Shown here one piece after another: positions 46,354 through 57,473 of a stretch of DNA of 64,000 bases. The position numbers and the translations under genes were made by a program. The notes under the pieces were generated by a model. That model saw nothing but the letters and a program-made list of their open reading frames with translations. It was not told the DNA's origin and ran no database searches. Numbering within the stretch: position 1 is the stretch's first letter; each line of letters opens with the position of its first letter. The DNA comes from Schmidtea polychroa (taxonomy: Eukaryota), in the NCBI GenBank assembly GCA_044892525.1, contig CM097885.1, forward strand, positions 18,602,001-18,666,000, read 5' to 3'.

Positions 46354-47944
46354 TAATATTAGTATGCACAATAAGAGTTGTTTGATTAAAAGAAGTGTGT
46401 CAGATTTCAAAATTTTATTAACATTTTCAATACATTTTAGACACGTGTAATATGTGAAGCGTTGTTGATAAGATAATTGTATGCGCAAATTATATGCAGC
46501 TTTGGTAAAATATTACTAGAGTGCAGTGCATATTTTTTAGAAAATAGCTAAGTTTGTCAAATTAGTTTTAATTTGCCAAAGTGAATTGAACCGTGGTTTA
46601 TCTCAGGACGACCTATCTTTAAAATTATAAAAAATTGTTATTATTCTTGATAGAACTTGTTATTTATAAGAGTGATCACTGTTTCTAATTGTTCAGACTA
46701 TTTATTGAAATATAAATCTCTATTTGTTGGGTCTTAGTTAATAAAAAGAAGTACTCAATGTTTCAGAATTTGTGATCTTTCTACTAAATTTCTTGGTACG
46801 TGACGTTTCGGCGCTCTTAAACATAAACTCATATTTCAATAAAACTAAAAAAACAATTGTTTGCATAAAATGAATATTTCAAAAAATAAAAATGCAAAAG
46901 AAACATACTCTAATAAAAGTTTTCACTAAAGGATTTATAAAACAAAATGAGAAAAGACGTATTATATAAAAGTTTTTGAAAAATGTTTAATGAATACTTT
47001 CCAATAAATAAAAAATAATAAAAAACCTTAATTAGGAAAAAAATAATAATCAACTATATCACCCCTCAACATGACGTGGCAATTATCATTTTACTTACAA
47101 AATCATGATTTATAAAATGATTATAATATTTCTCGCAAGTAATTATTTTTATGAAGCTTCGTCTCGTAGAAATTAGTTTCGTTTCCCCTTCTCTTTATTG
47201 TCGTAATAAATCCAATTAATTAAAGTCATTCAATCGTATATAAATATATATATATTTCAAATGATTAAAAGACAAAATATTTTGTTTAAACCACAGATCT
47301 AAAAAATATAAATAATTATTTATTTTTAAATATCCAGTTAAATTGAAATATTTAAATATTTCGCTTTTCCTATTTCTCACAATTTTATAGTCAATTCCAA
47401 CTATTAAAACAAAATATTAATTAAAGGTTAACCGACAATCATTAACATGAATGTAGAAAAGGATTAACATTTTATTATTTTTAATTTAATTTATTAAAAC
47501 ATAAAAAAAACAATACACCACTTCCATATTCAATCTGCTACACCACATAGTAAAATATAAAAGCTATATGAAGTGTATTGGCAGTATTTGCATCCAAAAA
47601 TGAGTAAATATCTATTAGCAGTGAGTATATAATCCACATGGACCCAGGGAACTCAAGCCCCGAGCTTGCGTTCGGATCTTTCACCCTGAGCCCCATATGG
47701 ATTATATACTCATTACTTGAGTCCTTGGAAAATTTATAGAAAATAATTCTTGGAAAATTCTTGGAAATAATTCTCGGGAAAATTCTCAGACTTTGGAACC
47801 AACGCAAATATCCTTGGTATTTTTGCGAACCTTGTAATAAAGCAAAACATGTAAAATAAAAAGGGGCGAGGATTTACAACAAGCGAGATAAATAATCATT
47901 ATATATTTCCAAATAATTTTTTTCTTGTATAATTTTAACTAATC

Positions 47945-48620
47945 CATTTGCATGGGTAAGCGTTGTTGTCAAATTAGATAAAATACATCTTTAATCATCA
48001 TAATTTTCCAAAGAAGATTTATATGATTCTTGTAATAACATGCCATGAATTTTAGAATTTAAATTATAAATAATATCCATTCATTTTTCAGAATTTGGTT
48101 TTAAGCAATCTAAATAATCTTGATGAGATATTTTTTTGCTTTCACATTTTTTTATTCCTTTATTTTTATTCTATTTGATTTTAAAACATTTGAGAGAATA
48201 TTGCTTTGTTCTAATAATAGCAAAATCCATTATGGAATTATCGGGTTTTTCATCTTTAAAAGTAAAACGATCACCACTTGTATTTATTAATGATTTTAAT
48301 TTTTGAATTGATTCAATTTTTTGATAAATATTTATAAATTCTCGAATTCTATAAATTTTTTAAAACGTGGAATCAGTATCCATTGTGTACATTGGAATTT
48401 TATTTTTAAAATGAGGTAGAAGAACATTGTAAAATGTTTCATACATTTGAAGTTTTGATAATTCAAGAATTGTAAATCCCAAGCTTATTGGCTTGTTATA
48501 TTTTTTCATATAGTTTCCTATTTATAGAGCAATTTAATCTTCAGAAAATTTTACTGCATCTTCGAATGTTGGTCTTGATAAAATATTTCCAAATTTTCCT
48601 TTACCATTGTTTGTTAGCCG
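47945..48620 (-). pseudogene. Decayed Polinton-type PolB C-terminal fragment
   Basis: GFTILELSKLQMYETFY..YTMDTDS, FKDE..IRTKQYS and DD*RCIL on the minus strand, with stops and frameshifts. Confidence 0.75.
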
Positions 48621-48710
48621 GTTTTACGACCTCGTTTTCTGGGCCAATCACGACCATGACTCACAATTACGACTAGCCTAGCCACGCATTCCCATAGCCT
48701 ACAATAGTTA

Positions 48711-49419
48711 GGCCCTAACATCAATGAAAGTATAATGACTAATTGTGTAACAAAATACTAGATATTCATGTTTTCAATCACAATACTACCGAATATTATT
48801 AAGTATTTTGTTTATTTTTAATATTTATTAATAAGTGAATAATATCTAGTGAATAATATTTAAAATACAAACAATATTTCATAAAAAAAATTTAAACTAC
48901 AATTTTATTTAATTGAATTTGGTACAATTGCGTATTTGAGTACAAAAGAAGAGTTAAAGAATAGATAGGCGAAATTCAAGACCAACGACGAATTACCCAT
49001 TTTTGTTACTTTCTTGTTGACATTAGTGATTCTAACATAAAAATACTGTTTTAGATCATCAAAATAGTCAAGGGAGAATTAATAATTTTTTTAATTATTA
49101 TGAAATAGAAATCACTCTAAAATCAAATTGTTATTTTATAATGAAAGATAATTATTTAGTAATTACTAATGGATCAAGAGTGTTTGAAATTGATTTACCA
49201 AAAAAAACTTTTATTATTATTGTTATCCATGAGACCTCTAGTTTCTAAAATCAAAAAAGAAAAATTTATTAAAATGAGAAAGCTTGAAGACTATAAATCA
49301 GTAATATATTAAAAATAAACAAAATACTTAATAATATTCGGTAGTATTGTGATTGAAAACATGAATATCTAGTATTTTGTTACACAATTAGTCATTATAC
49401 TTTCATTGAAGTTAGGGCC
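48711..49419. mobile_element. MITE with ~115-bp TIRs, PIF/Harbinger-like
   Basis: TTA|GGCCCTAAC...GTTAGGGCC|TAA; long near-perfect inverted repeats. Confidence 0.75.
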
Positions 49420-49482
49420 TAACAATTGTAAGCTGGAAGTGAAGGTCTACTGTATATCAAAGTTAAATTTAAAATATATGGG

Positions 49483-49997
49483 TAGGCTTGCCAACTCTCC
49501 CGTTTTTGCGTGGAGTCTCCCGAAATCGGCTTTCGTTTCCCGTGTCCCAGTTAACTATGACCCGGGCGATGTAAATCTCCCGTCTTTCCGTTTTTACAAT
49601 ATTTTACAATTTTTCAAGAAAAAGTGCAGTTTTTGAAGTTTCAATTTTTATTTGATTTCTCTAAAATAATGATAGTCAAGATTTATTTTTGCTCACAGTC
49701 ACCGGAAGTTTAAGTTGTTAGTTCACGGCGAGTGATTTTATGTTTTTCTTCTTACCCACGTTATTAGTCTGTCACTGTCAGGTTTTTTCACTTTTAAAAT
49801 GTAAAAAATGTAAAATATAATATGTAAAAATAATTGTTTTGTTCATATCTTTATGGTATTAGTCATCATATAGTTAAAATCACTAACATGTGTAAACAAA
49901 AAAGTGAAAAAACACCTGTTATATTATTTCTTAAGCGTTATACTGTTCGCAATTTTATAATCTCCCGGGTTCGAGGTTGTGGGAGTTGACAACCCTG
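49483..49997. mobile_element. hAT MITE
   Basis: TAGGCTTGCCAACTCTCCC ... GGGAGTTGACAACCCTG; degenerate 8-bp TSD (TATATGGG / TATATAGA). Confidence 0.65.
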
Positions 49998-50869
49998 TAT
50001 ATAGACTATGAGAGTGAAAAGATTTTTTAATATAGAAGTGGTGCTGGTATTTTTTTCTTTCATAAAGAATCAAGAGATGTTCATTTCTCAAATGTCGGCA
50101 TAGCGAAATTAGCATAATGTTTCCAAAATTTTTAATTACCTTATTTAGTTAGATTTAGGAATTTTTTATCCAGAAATTAGACAAAATTCTTGGATAAAAG
50201 TGTTTTAATCAAATTATCTTTCATTAAATGGTAAACTGATAGGCCAAAAGGCGAATTAAAACAAATGATATCTGTAATATTATTTTAATTGTAAGATTTA
50301 TAATCAAATAATAGAAAAGTTTTGGAAATAATCCAAAGTAAGTAATTCTTTATTTGTTTGACTAGTCAATTTGTTTAAAAGGTTTTACTACAAAAGGATT
50401 CAGACTATTTTGTTTGTTGTCAATTTTCATTAAACGACAACTAAGAATTTTCCAAAAAGAAATTTTAACTAATAATTTCCACTTTTTAAATTGGTAAACT
50501 CGAAAAAATTCGAAAAAATTTGATATTTTGTGTAGATAGTTGACAATAGATCAATGAAACAATTGAGGATAACCGCAAACCTTGTTTTTCTACTTAATGG
50601 TAAAAACTGAAGCTAAAACAATATTTTACTGTTACTTATTTTATTTTAACTTGTTTTTGAGTTTTTAACTTTGTATACAATTTACAATAATATTTTATTA
50701 TTTTTACATCCAATTAAAACCATTTGCAAATATTCTAGACAATCTACAATATAACTAGGAAAACAGCCTGATACATTTTAATCACGTTTTTATATCAAAT
50801 TTCAATTTTTCAAGACGTCTATTTCAGAGGTATTATCAAAATGATATTTCTAGAATAATTTTAAAATCC

Positions 50870-50933
<64 letters not shown>

Positions 50934-51857
50934 TGAATAAGATCCAAATAAATCATTAAAATTTTATTCTTTAACACTGTCATTTTCATTTCCCCGTCTG
51001 CATTGATGCTATCAATCCAAGGAAGAGCTTCGATAAGTATTTCTTCATTGCAAATTGTGTTTTCATTTATTGCTTTCGAAGCTTTCATTTTACTGTGCTC
51101 AACAACACTTGAATTGTCGAATAATAAAAATCGACACTTTCTACATTTGAATTGAACTAAATCTTTTGAAGATGCTGATAAATTAAATTGAGCTTGAGAA
51201 ACTGTATTTGCGCATTTGTTGATTTCATCTGGAGAAAATAAGCGGATAAATTGTTTGTACTCATCACTTTGGTAATCACCACTACAATTCACGTTGAAAT
51301 ATATCTTTAATTGTTTCATGAATCCATCATTTGGACATATAAATGACTTTTCCTTAATTGTCTCAATCGCATCGTTTGGACCAACTTTAAAATGTTTCAT
51401 TAAATAAGCCGTCAAAATAATTCCACTTCTTGATATTCCACCAAATTTTCTGCCATTTTCAATGAATTCACTGGTTTCATCGAAATAAGAAATAAGATCT
51501 TGGCTTGGAACATCATAAGCTTTAATAAATTTGTAATCAAATTCTTCTTCTTCAACTGAAGGATCACATTTCACACCTGAAGCCATTTTTAAAAACAGGA
51601 ATTTACAAATTTTGATTCCAAAACTCCACTTTCGAACATTTACACATTTCAAACAAAAACCAAATTCTAGAATTTCTACAATATCAATCCATTGCTCGCG
51701 TCTGTGTGCGCACACCAACAATATTCGGTCTAACCAGACCGCGCACACAGACGCGATAGAAAAAGAAACCGAATAAATGCCAGTCAGAGGCAATCCCCTC
51801 TGACTGGTCGAAACATTTCCCCCCTCCTTGATCCCTTTTAGCGGATCAACCACCCAA

Positions 51858-54800
51858 TTACTTCAGGGGAACCTTTCCTTTTGCCTCTCTCCAATACCCC
51901 TCACACACCCATCTTGCTATGGTATAGGCCGCCGCACCACGCACCTTTCTGGATACATCATGGTGGATTCTCCTCCCACCATCACCATACTCGACCAAAC
52001 CCTTGCCACTTTTCATTCTGTTTCGCTGCAATATCTCCATTATCCTTCCTGAATGTTTCGCTAATTCAATAGTCCCCACTTTTCCCTGTTGCATTACATT
52101 TAATGAAGGGGAACCAGGTGAATGGTCTTCAATGATGTCATCTAAAGCAGTCGTTGGTTGAGTTAATGTATTTTGTTCAGAATCTTTAGCTGTGTCTGAT
52201 GTATGATCTTTACCAATATCGACTCTAAGATCACTGTCATTGCTCTCAGAATCTGGCATAATTCGATCAGTTTCTAAATGATTTTCTGAAGAAGCAGAAG
52301 CCGTTTGAACATTAACTATGTCTTCCATGTTTTGAAAATTATCTTCTACCAAAGAATTCGGTCTTTCGATAACATTAATGTCGACAACATCTGTGCCTAA
52401 ATGACTATTATGATTTTCATTCTTGTCTGACACATCTACTTCAGTTTCATTATATTTACTTTCAAAATTTTCTTCTTGATTGTGACTTTTGACAATATTT
52501 TCTAATTCATCTGCTGTAACTTGGTCTCCTTTATCAAAAGCTTTGTCTAATAGTTCAGTATTACTTTTTACAAATTCAGAATAATTATTCTCGTTCTCAT
52601 TGACTCGATTTTGCTCTATTCCATCTTGATTTATAATATCGCTAGATTGTAAATTCTCACATTCATTGCTTTCCCTATCTCCATCTTCGCTAGCCTTTTT
52701 GTTTTCATGTGTTTCATCATTTTCATCACATTCTTTAATATAATCCATTTCTTCAGAATTATCTACATCATGAATAATGATTTCTCCGTCATTTTCATCT
52801 TCATTATTTCCGATATCTGAATCATTTTTTGAATCGGAAGGATTTATTACATCTATGGAATCTATTTCGTTATTCTCACTGAAATTTTGTCTGCTTGCAA
52901 TGCCGTTAACTAATTCGTTAGTATCCCCAGAATTGGGTATTTGCCCATCTAAATGACTCTGAGCTCCTTGCTCTTCATTAGATGACTTACTCCTGTCGAG
53001 TTTTGTGCCTTCAATTCCCCGAAATGCATGTAACTCGTCATTTAACATTTCAGTTACTGCAAAATAACTCTGAGCCAAATGCGAACATCTTGGAGCTTGA
53101 TTTCTTGCAATTGGTTTTCTCTCCATGAAGTTTGTGAACTTTTTCAATTTCCCCACATCCTTCCTACTCTCTGGAGTTCTCTCCCCAAACAATATATTCA
53201 AGGCTTTTCGATGCCTATCGGCTTCTTGTTTGATCCATTCGGCTAGCGTTTGTACATTTCCTTCTCTGCCCGAATCAGAATGGCGCGACCACTGAATCAG
53301 CATGGTCTCTGGCAGCTTCTTCAGCAGTTGGTGATACAACATTCCGCTGTTCAACTCGCCTTCCCTCTTCTGATCCTTGAAATTCAGGATGAGGTTTCCT
53401 AGCAGCTCTTCAAACCGCTCTAGGTCCTCCAAGACGTTGAGCCTCACTGGGAAGAACCTCTGCACCGCATCCAGCATCATGGAATAGGATCTTTCTGGTC
53501 CCCCATACCTTTCATCAAGTAATTTTATCGCCGCCTCGAAAGCCTGCGAGCCATATCCAATATAGGCAATTAATTGCAGCGGCTTCCCTTCCAAGTACTG
53601 TCTCAGGTACAAGAACTTTCTTTCACTCGGCTCATCCGTGTCCTCGATGCAGGCTCTCACAATTGCCCTCCATCAAGGATATTCTATTATCTTTCCATTA
53701 AATACCGGCAGCTGCAAGGGTTTCAAACCCATTATGCACTTCTGTTTCTCATTGGGCTCTTCGCTCCTAAATGATTTTTCTGTGCCCTTCCGCGACTCCA
53801 CTCTAAAACTCTCTTCCTTCTGCGTGAGGACCAGATCACCGATTCTGCTGAAATCCGCTTCTAACCGTTTCAGATCTGCCTCAATTTCCTTTTCTTCTTT
53901 CTCCCGCCCTAACTCCCGAGCATTATTCCTCAGCTCCTCCAATTCGTTTATCACTTCCTCATACTTATCTTCGTATGCCTCCATTCTCCTTTGATCTTCC
54001 CCAGGGTCCGATCCATCTCCTAAGGCCCGGTTACGTAGACGCCCTAACGAAATCTTCCACCCGGTTCGTCTCTTGTAACCTGCCTCGAACTCCGCATCTG
54101 ATACTGGACTTCCCCCTGCCAGACCCAAAACCAGATGTACCGTGGCTTCTTTCCTAACGTTATAATCTAATAACGTTAGGCCATCTTTTAATACTTTCCC
54201 GGCAAAATTAAGTCTTTGTCGCCCTGGGGGTATCCCTTCTTTTTCTTGAATTTTAGCCTTTACATTTTCAATAGTATCACTTGATTCTACTTCCAAAGTT
54301 ATTGTTTTTCCAGTCAATGTCTTCACGAATATTTGCATTACACCCCTCGATCGCAAAACTAAACGCACAGTAGACTCCTTTTGAATATTATAATCAGATA
54401 ATGTTCGCTCATCTTCTAATGGTTTTCCCGCGAAAATTAATCGTTGCTGGTCAGGTGGACTACCCTCTTTATCTTGTATTTTCGCTTTAACATTTTCTAT
54501 CGTGTCACTAGATTCAACTTCGAGAGTAATTGTCTTCCCTGTTATTATTTTGACAAATACCCGCGCCAATCCACCTCTAATGGGGTTAGGGAGGGCAGGC
54601 CCTAGGGGAAATGTTTCAAAAATAACAAATATAATAAAAATATAATACAGCCAATCTGCATATAATATAATAAACATACGATACCTATTACATGTATATA
54701 ATACAATACAAATATCATTCTTAAAAAATATAAATAATACCTTGTTCCGGCTGGCTAGCCGGAACCACGCTCTGCTACCATGAATAAGATCCAAATAAAT

Positions 54801-55433
54801 CATTAAAATTTTATTCTTTAACACTGTCATTTTCATTTCCCCGTCTGCATTGCTGCTATCAATCCAAGGAAGAGCTTCGATAAGTATTTCCTCATTGCAA
54901 ATTGTGTTTTCATTTATTGCTTTCGAAGCTTTCATTTTACTGTGCTCAACAACACTTGAATTGTCGAATAATAAAAATCGACACTTTCTACATTTGAATT
55001 GAACTAAATCTTTTGAAGATGCTGATAAATTAAATTGAGCTTGAGAAACTGTATTTGCGCATTTGTTGATTTCATCTGGAGAAAATAAGCGGATAAATTG
55101 TTTGTACTCATCACTTTGGTAATCACCACTACAATTCACGTTGAAATATATCTTTAATTGTTTCATGAATCCATCATTTGGACATATAAATGACTTTTCC
55201 TTAATTGTCTCAATCGCATCGTTTGGACCAACTTTAAAATGTTTCATTAAATAAGCCGTCAAAATAATTCCACTTCTTGATATTCCACCAAATTTTCTGC
55301 CATTTTCAATGAATTCACTGGTTTCATCGAAATAAGAAATAAGATCTTGGCTTGGAACATCATAAGCTTTAATAAATTTGTAATCAAATTCTTCTTTTTC
55401 AACTGAAGGATCACATTTCACACCTGAAGCCAT
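51858..55433 (-). pseudogene. Chimeric ORF (cofilin-like start, DUSP12 fragment, Ub-Ub, partial Gag, acidic region, RNase H remnant) broken by one nonsense codon
   Basis: ORFs 53673-55667 and 51858-53660 are in the same frame, separated by TGA where copy A has GGA (EYP*WRA vs EYPGWRA). Confidence 0.85.
54830..55392 (-). pseudogene. DUSP12: Captured intronless DUSP12/YVH1-like phosphatase fragment in LTR (duplicate at ~50985-51545)
   Basis: [19 protein letters not shown][HC motif absent][20 protein letters not shown], plus zinc-binding [19 protein letters not shown]. Confidence 0.8.
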
Positions 55434-55748
55434 TTTTAAAAACAGGAATTTACAAATTTTGATTCCAAAACTCCACTTTCGAACATTTACACATTTCAAA
55501 CAAAAACCAAATTCTAGAATTTCTACAATATCAATCCATTGCTCGCGTCTGTGTGCGCACACCAACAATATTCGGTCTAACCAGATCGCGCACACAGACG
55601 CGATAGAAAAAGAAACCGAATAAATGCCAGTCAGAGGCAATCCCCTCTGACTGGTCGAATATATCAAATTATATCAAATTTCAATTTTTCAAGACGTCTA
55701 TTTCAGAGGTATTATCAAAATGATATTTCTAGAATAATTTTAAAATCC

Positions 55749-55922
<174 letters not shown>

Positions 55923-55947
55923 GTTAAACATACATGGAAATGATTTA

Positions 55948-57372
55948 ATTATAAGATAAGGCCAATCAAACATTCTTTTAACGATATATTTCGACAGTTT
56001 TCCTGTCATCATCAGATGGGATATATTAACTCATTAAATTAAGGATTTTAAACAAATTTATTAATTATATATAAAAAAATTTTTTATTTTATAAAAACTA
56101 ATTATTTTTAAAAAAATTATACTTAAATTAATATATTATTTTTTTAAAATTTTAAAATTTAAAATTTGATTTAATAATTTAAAAAATTTTTATTAATTAT
56201 TTAATTTAATACAACAATCAATACATACAATATAAAAAAACCTATTTAAAAACACTCAAAACACAAGTATTTACTGCATTCTGCACATTAATTTTCGGAT
56301 GATTTTATCAACAACGTCTCACAAATCACACGTTCCCAATAATTATCGAAATTTTTTAATAAAACCTTACAGCCCTTATTGTGCTCATTGTGAATTCAAG
56401 TATAAAAGAAATATGGTGAAGGGGTTGATTTATCGTGCATGGTCTTTGTCGTCTACTTTTAAAAATTTAGTAAAAAGTGTTGACATATTGGTTGAATTGT
56501 TAATGAAGAACGGTTATTCAAAATCCTTTTTAATAATTATGGTGAAAGAGACTGTTGACAAATTTATTAAAAATCCTAAGGATCCATGTTTGAGAAAATC
56601 TGGGTGTGATCTTGTTGAGGTGTGTGAGTCTGATGAATTGAATAAATTAAATAGTGTGAGCAAGGATGATCAGACTAAATTTGTGTTAGTATTGCCGTAC
56701 TCAGAAGGTTTTAAGGATTATAAAGTGAAGATAAGAAAGCAGTTAGAGAATTTAAACTATAGGATAGTGTCAACTTCATAGAAAGTACGCAATATGTTTA
56801 TTAATGAGTCAAAAACTCCGGTCGAATTGTCTTCCGATCTTGTTTATCAGTTTACATGTAATGGGTGTAATGCCACATACATTGAAGAGACTTCTCGTTA
56901 TCTCTGTATTCGAGCTCGAGAACATTGTAGACCGAAGGCTTTGACCCATATTGGTGAGCACAATAAGGGCTGTGAGATTAAAATAGGTATGTCTGATTTT
57001 AAAATCATTGAATCCGAAAATTAATGTGCAGAATGCAGTAAATACTTGTGTTTTGAGTGTTTTTAAATAAGTTTTTAAATAGGTTTTTTTATATTGTATG
57101 TATTGATTGTTGTATTAAATTAAATAATTAATAAAAATTTTTTAAATTATTAAATTAAATTTTAAATGTTAAAATTTTAAAAATATAATATATTAATTTA
57201 AGTATTATTTTTTTTTAAATAATTATTGTTTTTAAAAAATAAAAAAAATTTTTATATATAATTAATAAATTTGTTTAAAATCCTTAATTTAATGAGTTAT
57301 TATATCTCACCTGATGATGACAGGAAAACTGTCGAAATATATCGTGAAAAGAATGTTTGATTGGCGTTATCT

Positions 57373-57378
<6 letters not shown>
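55948..57378 (+). mobile_element. 5'-truncated Penelope-like element with ~350-bp inverted pLTR; GIY-YIG ORF disrupted (56299-57024)
   Basis: YKRNMVKGLIYRAW..L.KNGY, VLPY, VYQFTCNGCNATYIEETSR..REH; 55948-56300 is inverted at 57012-57378. Confidence 0.85.
57306..57347 (+). ncRNA. Minimal type I hammerhead ribozyme (inverted copy at ~55981-56018)
   Basis: TCAC-CTGATGA-T-GACAG-gaaaa-CTGTC-GAAA-TATA-TC-GTGA: intact core, 5-bp stem II, palindromic stem III, TCAC/GTGA stem I. Confidence 0.8.
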
Positions 57379-57433
<55 letters not shown>

Positions 57434-57473
57434 ATAGTTTTTATTTTTGTGATCAGAATTGATCAAGTCAAAA

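Larger units (their letters stand above)
50934..55659 (-). mobile_element. Ub-Gag family LTR element, copy B (DUSP12-bearing LTRs; zinc knuckles and protease absent)
   Basis: LTRs at 50934-51815 and 54781-55659 (the latter lacks its terminal 3 nt); PBS 54763-54780; PPT at 51816; internal region close to copy A. Confidence 0.95.

Noticed and set aside
50861..51853. Functional host DUSP12 gene
   Set aside because: Lies within an LTR, is duplicated, lacks the catalytic HC motif and is truncated at both ends.
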